A stretch of DNA of 64,000 nt, taken from contig JAEOTE010000025.1 of NCBI GenBank assembly GCA_016839945.1, positions 1 through 64,000 on the forward strand. The letters run 5' to 3'. Shown here one piece after another: positions 38,942 to 48,012 of this stretch; the first letter of the stretch is position 1, and every line of letters starts with the position of its first letter. The stretch comes from Candidatus Heimdallarchaeota archaeon (GTDB lineage: Archaea; Asgardarchaeota; Heimdallarchaeia; Heimdallarchaeales; Heimdallarchaeaceae). Below the pieces are notes generated by a model. That model made no database searches, had not been told where the DNA came from, and saw nothing but the letters and a program-made list of their open reading frames with translations. Made by a program: the position numbers and the translations under genes.

Positions 38942-40327
38942 CTATTCTGTGTTCTGTATTTTTTTGATTATTTCTTTAATTTTCTTTCCAAATACATCAA
39001 CCAAGCTTTGAATTTCTTCCTGATCATCAGCTTCTATTGTCATACGAATTAAGGGAGATGTATTGGATGGACGAATAAGCACCCAACCTTTTTCTAAGTC
39101 CACTCTTACTCCATCAAGTGTATTAAGTCTTTCATGTTCTTTTGTTAATTCTATCTTTAATTCTTCAACTACATCAAATTTTATCTTATCACTACACTCT
39201 ATTTCTTCTTTATATATTGGGTAGGTTGGAATTCTTTTAACCAAACCTGAAAGTATCTCTTCACTGTTATTAAGTATTTCTGCAATTTTTAAGGGAGTAA
39301 CAATTGCGTCATCAAAAAGAAAATAGCTGGGAATGATAATGTGACCACTAGATTCAATTCCAAGTGGAGAGTTCTCTAATTTTGCTTCAATAGTCAGAAA
39401 GGTGTGACCAACTGGTATTTGTTTGACTTTGTATCCTAATGGTTCTAGTTGTTCTTCGACAGCTTTAGAACATTCAACATTAGCTATTATTGTTCCTTCT
39501 TTTCTTGTCAAACCATGTTTGCCAATTAAGATACCTGTTACATCTGCAGAGAGAACCTTCCCTTTGTTATCGACGATAACTGCTCTATCACCATCACCAT
39601 CAAAAGCTACACCAAAATCACATATATGACTAAGAACAGCTTCAATTAATTTCGTCAGGTTCTTAGGTTTAGGATCAGAAGGTCTCCCTGAAAACAATGG
39701 GTCTGTATCACAATAAACAGGAATTATCTCTAGATCTAAAGATGAAAAAACATCAGGAGCTGAAAGTGTTGTACTTCCCCCTCCACAATCTAGAGCAACT
39801 TTGATTTTTTTAGAAAAAGAAAATTTTTCCTGAAAGAATTTTATGTATTTTTCATTTATTTTAACCGATTTTACCTTTCCTACTTCTTTCCAGTTAACTA
39901 CATTATGCCCCTTTTCTAGAGCAACATCTCTTATTCTCATCAGTTCCTCTTCTGAATAACCAACTCCATCAGAATGATAAAACTTAATTCCATTCCATTC
40001 AGGAGGAAGATGACTAGCTGTAATAAACACAGTTGCATCTGTTTTCAATATCCAACCTGCAAAAAGTGTTTGACCAAACGCTGTTACTCCAACATCAATT
40101 ACATTTATACCTGAAGCTAAAACAGCTGAAATGAAAGAGTAAGCTAAAGGATTACTTGAATATCTAATATCTCTACCAATTGCAACTTCTTTTCCTCCAA
40201 GATCTTGACGAACATAGTTTCCAAATGCTAAACCTATTTTGTACATGATTTCAGGGGTCAGATCTTCATTATACAATCCTCTTATGTCATAAGCTCGAAA
40301 AATGTGAGGAGATATATTTTCTGTCAT
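38942..40327 (-). CDS. phosphomannomutase/phosphoglucomutase
   Basis: IFRAYDIRG, ITASHLP, FDGDGDR, IRPSNT. Confidence 0.95.
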   Translation of the reverse strand: MTENISPHIFRAYDIRGLYNEDLTPEIMYKIGLAFGNYVRQDLGGKEVAIGRDIRYSSNPLAYSFISAVLASGINVIDVGVTAFGQTLFAGWILKTDATVFITASHLPPEWNGIKFYHSDGVGYSEEELMRIRDVALEKGHNVVNWKEVGKVKSVKINEKYIKFFQEKFSFSKKIKVALDCGGGSTTLSAPDVFSSLDLEIIPVYCDTDPLFSGRPSDPKPKNLTKLIEAVLSHICDFGVAFDGDGDRAVIVDNKGKVLSADVTGILIGKHGLTRKEGTIIANVECSKAVEEQLEPLGYKVKQIPVGHTFLTIEAKLENSPLGIESSGHIIIPSYFLFDDAIVTPLKIAEILNNSEEILSGLVKRIPTYPIYKEEIECSDKIKFDVVEELKIELTKEHERLNTLDGVRVDLEKGWVLIRPSNTSPLIRMTIEADDQEEIQSLVDVFGKKIKEIIKKIQNTE

Positions 40328-40437
40328 TATTTAAGAAGTGTTTTCAATGTATAAAAATTTGATTGCTTTTACTGAATTTAGATTTTTGTTCAAGTAACCA
40401 CATAAATTTTTTAATTAAGTATTATTTAGCAAGAGTT

Positions 40438-41178
40438 ATGCATGTTGCAATTGTCTACCTACTTATTTTTCTTGGGTCTTATTTGGTTGGATCTATTCCT
40501 TTCAGCTGGATTGTTGTTAAATTAAAATTAGGTGAAGATCTAAGACAAATTGGCTCGGGAAATGTGGGGGGAAGAAATGTTTACAGAGCAACTAAATCAA
40601 AATCTTGGGCTCTATTTGCTGGGTTTCTAGATGTAACTAGATCAGTAGCAGCTTTTGCAATACCCTATATATTGACAAAGATTTTCTATTTCTCAACAAA
40701 TGATGTTCTTGTGGAGTTTTTTATTTGGCCTGAATTTGGAATTCTAACTTGTTTTTCATTAGTCATTGCAGGTTTTGGTGCAATACTAGGACATAATTGG
40801 CCAATATATCTTCTATCTCATGGTGGTCGAGGAATAACAGTAGTAATAGCTACTACTCTAGTTTCTAATCCTATTTTACTGGCTTTTTGGGCTATTTTGT
40901 GGCCAATATGTATCTCTTTTGTTGGTTATTCGTCAATAAATTATATAGTTGTAACCTTGTTAGTTGGTGTTATTGCATTGTTTCTACCTCAATCCATGTT
41001 GATGCCTTGGGCTAGTTATAATTTAGGATTAGCAGTACTATTCTTTTTGGTTGCAATTGTTATGATTAGTAGACAACGTGATAATATCAGAAAGATGAAA
41101 GCTGGTGAAGCAAAAAGAATGAGAATCTTCAAAGCTTTAAAAGGAAAAGGAAAATTAGGAGATGAAATATTAAAATAA
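40438..41178 (+). CDS. plsY: PlsY-family glycerol-3-phosphate acyltransferase
   Basis: YLVGSIP, DLR..GSGNVG..NV.R, GHNWPIY, GGRGI; ATG at 40438 preferred. Confidence 0.85.
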   Translation: MHVAIVYLLIFLGSYLVGSIPFSWIVVKLKLGEDLRQIGSGNVGGRNVYRATKSKSWALFAGFLDVTRSVAAFAIPYILTKIFYFSTNDVLVEFFIWPEFGILTCFSLVIAGFGAILGHNWPIYLLSHGGRGITVVIATTLVSNPILLAFWAILWPICISFVGYSSINYIVVTLLVGVIALFLPQSMLMPWASYNLGLAVLFFLVAIVMISRQRDNIRKMKAGEAKRMRIFKALKGKGKLGDEILK

Positions 41179-41207
41179 GAAATGAAGTAAGTACAATCTT
41201 ACTCATT

Positions 41208-42062
41208 TTATTTTTCTGGTTTGTATGCTGTTACAGTTATGCTTTGAATAGATTTCTGGATATCCTCCAAATCTTCTTTGACATCCTCGAAATTTTCTAA
41301 GTTTACAGGTTCTCCTTCAATAACTAAGACAGGTTCTCCGACATTTTCTAAAGTATCTTCTAAATCTTTGAGTTTTTGATCTTTATCCATAACTTCTATA
41401 TCCTCAAAACCTGCATTTCTAATGATACCAAGGTATTTGTTTTTCAGTTCAGCACCAGCTACACACCCAGCGAGTAGTGTTTCGTTATTTCTAAGTGATT
41501 CAGGAAGTTCTCGAAGTAGAACTATATCAGATATAGCTATTCTTCCACCAGGTTTTAGTACTCTAAATACCTCATCAAATACTCTTTGTTTTTCAGGAGA
41601 TAAGTTAATTACACAATTAGATATTATGATGTCAACAGAATCATTTGCAACAGGTATATTTTCAATTTCACCAAGTCTAAATTCAACATTTTCAAAATTG
41701 TTCTTTTCTGCGTTGTCTCTAGCCAAATCAATCATATTTGCGGTCATATCTACTCCTATAACTTTTCCAGATAATCCGACTTTTTGAGCAGCAAGAAAGC
41801 AGTCAAGGCCCCCACCAGAACCTAAGTCAAGAACAATTTCTCCTTCCTTAAGCGAAGCAATAGCGGTAGGATTTCCACAACCAAGTCCCATATTAGCCGC
41901 ATCAGGAATGCTTTCTAATTCTTCGGAAGTATAACCAATTGCTTTACTGACATCTTCAGCACATACTTTTTTACTCCCGCAACAAGAAGAGCTTTTTTTA
42001 GCAACTTCTCCATATCTGTCTCTTACTATTTTTTTTACTTTTTTCGATTCCATGTTTCTCAC
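41208..42062 (-). CDS. arsM: arsenite methyltransferase
   Basis: N-terminal CC, GLGCGNP, LDLGSGGG.D, ISNCVINL, GCVAGA. Confidence 0.92.
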   Translation of the reverse strand: MRNMESKKVKKIVRDRYGEVAKKSSSCCGSKKVCAEDVSKAIGYTSEELESIPDAANMGLGCGNPTAIASLKEGEIVLDLGSGGGLDCFLAAQKVGLSGKVIGVDMTANMIDLARDNAEKNNFENVEFRLGEIENIPVANDSVDIIISNCVINLSPEKQRVFDEVFRVLKPGGRIAISDIVLLRELPESLRNNETLLAGCVAGAELKNKYLGIIRNAGFEDIEVMDKDQKLKDLEDTLENVGEPVLVIEGEPVNLENFEDVKEDLEDIQKSIQSITVTAYKPEK

Positions 42063-42066
42063 CTAT

Positions 42067-42339
42067 TTATTCTAAAATTTCCTTCATAATCGGTTTGAGC
42101 ATGACTTTAACCATATTCTCCATTTTTTCAGCTTTAAACAATGATATACTGGTTACTTTACCTTTATCTCTCATTCCTATAACAATAAGCTTGTCCTTCT
42201 CTTTTATATCCATGTTCTCTCTTAGACTCTTTGGAAGAACTATTTGCCCTTTAGAATCTACAGTAACAACTCCTTCAACATGACAACAACTTTCTCCTTC
42301 TCCACTAGAAGGACAACATTCTTTTTCTTCTTTGTTCAT
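42067..42339 (-). CDS. AbrB/MazE-fold transcription regulator with Cys pairs
   Basis: CC...CC then VVTVDSKGQIVLPK.LR; ATG at 42339 preferred. Confidence 0.8.
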   Translation of the reverse strand: MNKEEKECCPSSGEGESCCHVEGVVTVDSKGQIVLPKSLRENMDIKEKDKLIVIGMRDKGKVTSISLFKAEKMENMVKVMLKPIMKEILE

Positions 42340-42385
42340 CTTTCTCAAGTTGGTTAAATTATACAAATATATAAAGATTCTGAAA

Positions 42386-42412
42386 AGTAAGAAAATTCTT
42401 ACTATTCTTACT
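42386..42412. promoter_or_regulatory. putative operator upstream of the AbrB-arsM operon
   Basis: Inverted repeat AGTAAGAA-aa-TTCTTACT plus a third TTCTTACT copy. Confidence 0.5.
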
Positions 42413-42458
42413 TTCTCTTATACAAATACTTTTAATCATTTTTCTAAACACGACATTA

Positions 42459-42971
42459 ATGAAAAAAGCCATAATTATTACAGGAACACCAGGAACTGGA
42501 AAAACTGTTATAACAAATTTGCTTGAGAAAGAAGGTTATTCAACAATAGAAGTTGGAAAACTCGTCAAAGAAAAAAATCTATATGATTACTATGATGAAG
42601 AGCGTGAAAGCTATGTTGTTAATGATGTCCTTCTGAACGAAAAACTAGTTGAATTGTTACAAAAACACTCTTCATCTGAACCTTTGATAATTGATGGCCA
42701 TGTAGTGGAACTCCCTCCCAAACACGTTTTGCATTGTATAGTTCTCAGGTGTTCAATACTACATCTTCGCCAAAGGCTAATGGAGCGAAATTATGGTTCT
42801 TTGAAGATTGACGAGAATGTCGAAGCTGAGATTATGGAAGTGCTTCTTACCGACATGTTGGAACTCTATGGACCTGAGAACGTAAGCATAGTTTATTCAG
42901 ATGGCACAGTGGAAGAAACTTTTGAGCAAGTTCTTTCAAAGGTGAAAAAGGTCTCGAATAATACATTCTAG
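42459..42971 (+). CDS. adenylate kinase, AK6/Fap7 family
   Basis: IIITGTPGTGKT, IIDGH, VLRC, KI.ENVEAEI. Confidence 0.92.
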   Translation: MKKAIIITGTPGTGKTVITNLLEKEGYSTIEVGKLVKEKNLYDYYDEERESYVVNDVLLNEKLVELLQKHSSSEPLIIDGHVVELPPKHVLHCIVLRCSILHLRQRLMERNYGSLKIDENVEAEIMEVLLTDMLELYGPENVSIVYSDGTVEETFEQVLSKVKKVSNNTF

Positions 42972-43327
42972 CTATTAATTCTAATAGACAATATTCCTCT
43001 TTTATCCTTTATTACGGAAACTGCTTCATTTGGGGCTACGATTGTGAATACTTTGTTTTTAGATCCTTTTCCAAACAGCTTTGACCATTTGAAGTCATCC
43101 CCAGCATCGAAGGAAAATAACTTTACTCCAATGAAATCTTCGTAATCAATTTTTCCCATCGTTTTTTGGATTAAATCAAGCTCTTCAGAATGTGTTAAAC
43201 CACTTTCTAATATTAGTATTGTATTTCTCATCACTTTAGATAAGATATAGCGTATTTTTTCATCAGAAGAGAGATCATGTGTTTCTGTGAAAGGTATAAA
43301 ATCTACTCTGTATCTCATACTCATCAC
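42968..43327 (-). CDS. oapB: DUF2073 family protein (OapB-like)
   Basis: EKIRYIL..V...ILILE.GL...EE..LI..TM..I....F.G; coupled to the Era-like GTPase. Confidence 0.8.
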   Translation of the reverse strand: MMSMRYRVDFIPFTETHDLSSDEKIRYILSKVMRNTILILESGLTHSEELDLIQKTMGKIDYEDFIGVKLFSFDAGDDFKWSKLFGKGSKNKVFTIVAPNEAVSVIKDKRGILSIRINS

Positions 43328-43938
43328 CTCATCTTCCTAGCCAATTCGGCTATTTTATCATAAAGAGTTTCAATTCCATCGCCTTGAATTGCAGAAACAG
43401 GTACAACAGGATATTCGCAGAAAGCATCTCTAACTAGTCTAACATCAGCTTCAGGTAAGTCAATTTTGTTTGGAACTATGATAAATGGTTTGCTTTGATG
43501 CTCTAAATTTCCTAAAATTGTGAAATTTACTTGATCAAATGGAGTTCTAGTTGCATCAACAATAACAAGAGCTACATCAACATTTTCAAGATATTTTATT
43601 GCTTCTACAATACCTCTTGTAGCTTCTTTCGCTCTTTCCATTGCTTCGCTAGCAGAAAGTCCATGTCTCATAAAATCCTTTGGATTGACAGAACTAGCAA
43701 TACCTGGCATATCTATTAGAGTTAAATCTAATTTTGTGCCATTAGCTGCGAAATTCACTTTTTCTAATTTCTGTATTGAACGCGTTTCATGAGGAATTTC
43801 ACTAACTACACCAACTTCTTGGTCTGCCCAATCTTTTCCCATTTTGTTTGCTAATGTTGTTTTTCCAGCATTAACTTCGCCATAGAATCCTAAGTTTACT
43901 GATTTTGGCTTTGATTTTAGCCATAATCTCCATGACAA
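43324..43938 (-). CDS. oapA: archaeal Era-like GTPase (OapA-like)
   Basis: GEVNAGKTTLAN, S.IPHETR, DMPG, RAKEAT.G..EAI, NKIDL. Confidence 0.88.
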   Translation of the reverse strand: MSWRLWLKSKPKSVNLGFYGEVNAGKTTLANKMGKDWADQEVGVVSEIPHETRSIQKLEKVNFAANGTKLDLTLIDMPGIASSVNPKDFMRHGLSASEAMERAKEATRGIVEAIKYLENVDVALVIVDATRTPFDQVNFTILGNLEHQSKPFIIVPNKIDLPEADVRLVRDAFCEYPVVPVSAIQGDGIETLYDKIAELARKMR

Positions 43939-44108
43939 TTAATTCACCTAAGCATTCATAATCTGAAGTTAACATAAAACGAAATAATATTGACATCACA
44001 CTCGGGTATTACTAACTTAAGGAGTAGTTTAGATATTAACAATTTTGTTTTCCAACAAAATTTATTAACATCCTAAAAAACAGCATACAGTATTCCAGTA
44101 ATAAGGAA

Positions 44109-45203
44109 GTGTTAGAAATCTTCTTGATGGGTTCAAGCTTAGTTGTATGGCTAAAACTATTGTGGAAAAGTAAATTTAATGTAGATTTTATTTACATCCC
44201 TAGAGTTATTGCAATTACATTAGTGGTTTCTATCTTTTATCCTTTAGTTTTATATGAAAAGATTAGGTTCAATAAAAGAATAAAGATGACAGAAATTAAT
44301 GAAAATCCAATTTTCATTGTTGGTCATTGGAGAACCGGAACTACTCATCTACAGAACTTAATGTTAGAAGATAATCGTTTTGGTTATTTGAATTTGGTTG
44401 AAGCTACATTCCCTAATTTAATTCTTGGGAGTTACAAACTAATATACACTTTAATGAAACCACTCATACCTGAAAAAAGACCAATGGATAACATGATGAT
44501 GTCTCCTGAAACTCCTCAGGAGCATGAATTCGTATTAACAAATTTCTGCTTACTATCTCCATTGACAGCATTGTTCTTTCCTTCAAATAGAATCAAATAT
44601 ATGCAATATGGTTCTTTTGAGGAAGCAACTGAGAAAGAAAGAGAAATTTGGAAAAAGAATTTTTTGTATTTCTGCAAAAAATTAACTTTATTGAAAGAAG
44701 GAAAAAGATTGTTACTAAAAAACCCACTAGATACCTTTAGGATAAAGCTGATTTTAGAACTATTTCCGAATGCTAAATTCATAAATATCTATCGAGATCC
44801 TTACAAAGTTTTTTTCTCCACAGTAAAGCTTCATAAAACAAACACTTCTCTTTTTTGGTTGCAGAAACCTGATTATGAACTAGATGAATTCGTTTTTGAT
44901 ATGTATAAAAAAATGTATAGACAGTTTTACAAAGATATTGAAACTATATCCAAAGAAAATATTATCGAAATTAAATATGAAATTCTTATTGATAATCCTC
45001 TGAATGAACTAGAAAAAATATATGAGTTTCTCGAATTAGGAAACTTTGAATCAATTAAACCTCTAATTGTTGAATATCTTGATTCTCTATCTGATTATGA
45101 AGTTGGAAAGTATAATATCTCAAAAAGAGATTTCCAACGAATTTATTCAAATTGGTATGAAACTATTGATCGATGGGGTTACAAAAAAATCACTTCAGAG
45201 TAA
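44109..45203 (+). CDS. PAPS-dependent sulfotransferase family protein
   Basis: IFIVGHWRTGTT, LLKNP, FPNAKFI.IYRDP...S. Confidence 0.9.
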   Translation: MLEIFLMGSSLVVWLKLLWKSKFNVDFIYIPRVIAITLVVSIFYPLVLYEKIRFNKRIKMTEINENPIFIVGHWRTGTTHLQNLMLEDNRFGYLNLVEATFPNLILGSYKLIYTLMKPLIPEKRPMDNMMMSPETPQEHEFVLTNFCLLSPLTALFFPSNRIKYMQYGSFEEATEKEREIWKKNFLYFCKKLTLLKEGKRLLLKNPLDTFRIKLILELFPNAKFINIYRDPYKVFFSTVKLHKTNTSLFWLQKPDYELDEFVFDMYKKMYRQFYKDIETISKENIIEIKYEILIDNPLNELEKIYEFLELGNFESIKPLIVEYLDSLSDYEVGKYNISKRDFQRIYSNWYETIDRWGYKKITSE

Positions 45204-45233
45204 ATTTCATGTAATCCTTATGTTGTTCAAAAG

Positions 45234-46382
45234 TTATAAACAAACGATTTCTTTTGGAGTATTTGACAATCTTATCGAACCTTCTTTAGTAACTATACAA
45301 TCATCTTCTAATCTAACTCCAAATTTGCTCTCAAAGTATAATCCTGGTTCTACAGTTATTATGGAATTTTCGAGTAAAGGTTTTGAAGGCCTTGTTGGAG
45401 TTCCTCTGTAAATCCCATATCCAATATCATGGGTTTCAATTCCTAAAGCATGTCCTGTTGAATGTAAATAATATATCTCTGGATCATATCCATATTCTTC
45501 GAATTTCTTTCTAACAGCAATTTCCACTTCTTCTCCTAATACTCCAGCTTTAATTTTTGAATAAGCTGCTTCTTTTGCTTGGTCTACAGCTTCATATGCT
45601 CTCAACACTTCTTCGGAGGGATTTTTACCTATCCAATATGTATGTGTAATATCTGATTGGGATAAATTATATGAAACACCATAATCAATCAATAGTACTT
45701 GATTGTTTTCAATTTTCTTTTCACTTGCTTTATGATGAGGAATTGCTGCATTGGCACCAGAAGCTACAATTGCTTCAAAAGCAACACCTCCCCTTTTATT
45801 ACACTCAAATTCTACTAAAGCAGCTAGCTCTTTTTCTGTCATACCAGGTTTGATGATGGGTTCAATAATTTCTTCCATCAGCTCTTCAGCTAGTCTAGCA
45901 GCTATCTTATGATTTTCTATTTCTTTCTTAGTTTTATTTGCCCTTATTTCAAAAATGATGTCTTTTGCTGGAATATATTGTATCTCTTTATTGAGATTAG
46001 TTAATGCTTTGAATGTACCAGCTGATATGATGTCGAAGTTAAGATGTTTAAATGATTCTTCCACGAAGTTTAAAGCTATTTTAGATCCTTTTGGAACGGC
46101 CATCATCTCATCTTCCATTAGTTTCACTAATTCTTCACTTTTTTTGTACTTCTTTACTTCAAATGTTTCATTGTCAACCATCATAGCTTCCATTTGTGAA
46201 GTAATCACAATTGGTTTGCCTTCTTTATGAATCAGAATGAAGGTGGAACTTGCAAACCACTTTTCTAATAGATATTTTAGGTGGATATCATAAGAGTGAT
46301 GACAAAAAACTATCCACCCATCTACATTATGTTTTTTTAATATGTTTTGAATTCTTTTGATTTTTTCACTCATATAAACCAC
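45234..46382 (-). CDS. Xaa-Pro aminopeptidase (M24)
   Basis: PHH, LIDYG, SDIT, HSTGHALG...HD, TVEPG, GVRLEDD. Confidence 0.93.
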   Translation of the reverse strand: MVYMSEKIKRIQNILKKHNVDGWIVFCHHSYDIHLKYLLEKWFASSTFILIHKEGKPIVITSQMEAMMVDNETFEVKKYKKSEELVKLMEDEMMAVPKGSKIALNFVEESFKHLNFDIISAGTFKALTNLNKEIQYIPAKDIIFEIRANKTKKEIENHKIAARLAEELMEEIIEPIIKPGMTEKELAALVEFECNKRGGVAFEAIVASGANAAIPHHKASEKKIENNQVLLIDYGVSYNLSQSDITHTYWIGKNPSEEVLRAYEAVDQAKEAAYSKIKAGVLGEEVEIAVRKKFEEYGYDPEIYYLHSTGHALGIETHDIGYGIYRGTPTRPSKPLLENSIITVEPGLYFESKFGVRLEDDCIVTKEGSIRLSNTPKEIVCL

Positions 46383-46995
46383 AAGTTCTTAATATCTTTT
46401 TTAACCAATCAGGTATAAAGTTTAATTCCGATAATTCTATTAAATCTTTAAATGTGTCTATATCATTATAGACGTTTTCATGCATTAGAAGTTTAAAATC
46501 TCTTCCCTCTTTTTTGAAAACATCTTTGAATTTTAGTGATGAATTTATTCCAAACAAAAATGGAAATTTGTCATTTCTATTAAAACACAAAATACTTGTT
46601 CCATTATCCAGTGTTGGTGCTAAAATAATCTTCCTTTCCAATTCATGTAGTTTAATTATTTTTGCTAAAGTTTCAGTATTTATTAAAGGAAGATCTGCCA
46701 TTATTATTACGACTATTTCCTCATCTATTTCATGCAAAGCTTCTTCTATAGCTATATTCAGATCATTGCTCTGATCTTGTATAATTATGGACTTTTCTGC
46801 AAAATCAATATCTCCTTTAGTTAAGAGATAAATGCTCTTTTCTATCTCTAAATCTGATACTTCTTTTAGAACATGTTTTATTGATTCATTAAGTAAGGAG
46901 TCCACCAATTTATCATCTAAATCGAGTCGAAGTCTACTCTTGTCGTTTTTAGTTCCTCTAAATGGAATTAGGATTCCTATTTTCATGTGCATCAA
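46366..46995 (-). CDS. cofC: 2-phospho-L-lactate/PEP guanylyltransferase (F420 biosynthesis)
   Basis: IPF....KSRL, IMADLP, AP..DNGT, DIDT..DL; adjacent to cofD. Confidence 0.85.
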   Translation of the reverse strand: MMHMKIGILIPFRGTKNDKSRLRLDLDDKLVDSLLNESIKHVLKEVSDLEIEKSIYLLTKGDIDFAEKSIIIQDQSNDLNIAIEEALHEIDEEIVVIIMADLPLINTETLAKIIKLHELERKIILAPTLDNGTSILCFNRNDKFPFLFGINSSLKFKDVFKKEGRDFKLLMHENVYNDIDTFKDLIELSELNFIPDWLKKILRTCGLYE

Positions 46996-47017
46996 TTCTT
47001 TTATTTTAGATATAAAC

Positions 47018-47971
47018 TTAGGATTTAGAGTTCATTGCATCATTTAATCCCTTATCTAGAACTGTTCTGGCTAAATTTTCTGCAATTTTAACATCTTTAA
47101 AAAGAATGTCCTCTACTATAACGTTCATATTGGTTTCTTCTTTTATTGTTTCTTGTAAGTTCTTATCTGATACATCAATAACAATGGTTTTGCATAATTT
47201 TTCGTAAATTCTAGCTATCTCTATTGAGGAAGTTTCTAAATTTTCTATTGTCATAAGTTTACTTGTAGGACCGCTAATGGGTTTGCTTCCTATAATAGGA
47301 CTAATAACCCAACACTTTTCTCTGTTCTTCTCCATCCATCTCCTTATTTCCCTTAGTTCAAGTATTGGCTTTATACTAGTTATAGGATTGCTAGGTCCTA
47401 CAATAACTAATTTAGATTTTTCCAGAGTTTGAATTATCTCTGCTGGAATTTTAGCTGATTCAATCCCTTTAAAATACACTTTTTTGATTGCTATCTCTCC
47501 CCTATGTTTTACCCAAAATTCTTGGAAATGAATATCCTCATCATTAGTGGTTATTATCCTTGTTTCAATATGACTATTAGTACTTGGTAAAATAGTGGCT
47601 CTGATTCCTAGCTTCTTTGAAATCTCTCGAATTATCTCACATTGATTATATCCTTCCCCCATTTTTTTTGTTCTAAAAAGATGTAATCCTAAATCCTTAT
47701 CACCTAAATTAAACCAAGTATTTTTCTCAAATTTTCTTAAGAACTCTATTGTATGAAAACTATCTTCTTTAATTCCCCAATGTTTATCCTCATCCAAGAA
47801 TCCACTAAAAAGGTAAATTAAAGTATCAATATCTGGAGAAATATAAAGACCATACATCCAAATATCATCTGCAGAATTTGCAATTACAGCAATATCACTA
47901 TCATCTATTATCTTTCGAAAACCTTGAATTAGTTTTGGGGTTCCAGTTCCTCCTGAAAGGAAAGTAATCAT
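47018..47971 (-). CDS. cofD: 2-phospho-L-lactate transferase (F420 biosynthesis)
   Basis: LSGGTGTPK, ISPDIDT, WF.LGDKD, HFQEFWV, GPSNPITSI. Confidence 0.95.
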   Translation of the reverse strand: MITFLSGGTGTPKLIQGFRKIIDDSDIAVIANSADDIWMYGLYISPDIDTLIYLFSGFLDEDKHWGIKEDSFHTIEFLRKFEKNTWFNLGDKDLGLHLFRTKKMGEGYNQCEIIREISKKLGIRATILPSTNSHIETRIITTNDEDIHFQEFWVKHRGEIAIKKVYFKGIESAKIPAEIIQTLEKSKLVIVGPSNPITSIKPILELREIRRWMEKNREKCWVISPIIGSKPISGPTSKLMTIENLETSSIEIARIYEKLCKTIVIDVSDKNLQETIKEETNMNVIVEDILFKDVKIAENLARTVLDKGLNDAMNSKS

Positions 47972-48012
47972 TAAGAAGCCAATAAATATTTGATTTAAAA
48001 TTGTATTGAAAC

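Noticed and set aside
43939-44108. Replication origin upstream of oapA
   Set aside because: Only a short AT-rich palindrome; no ORB repeats with G-strings and no orc1/cdc6.
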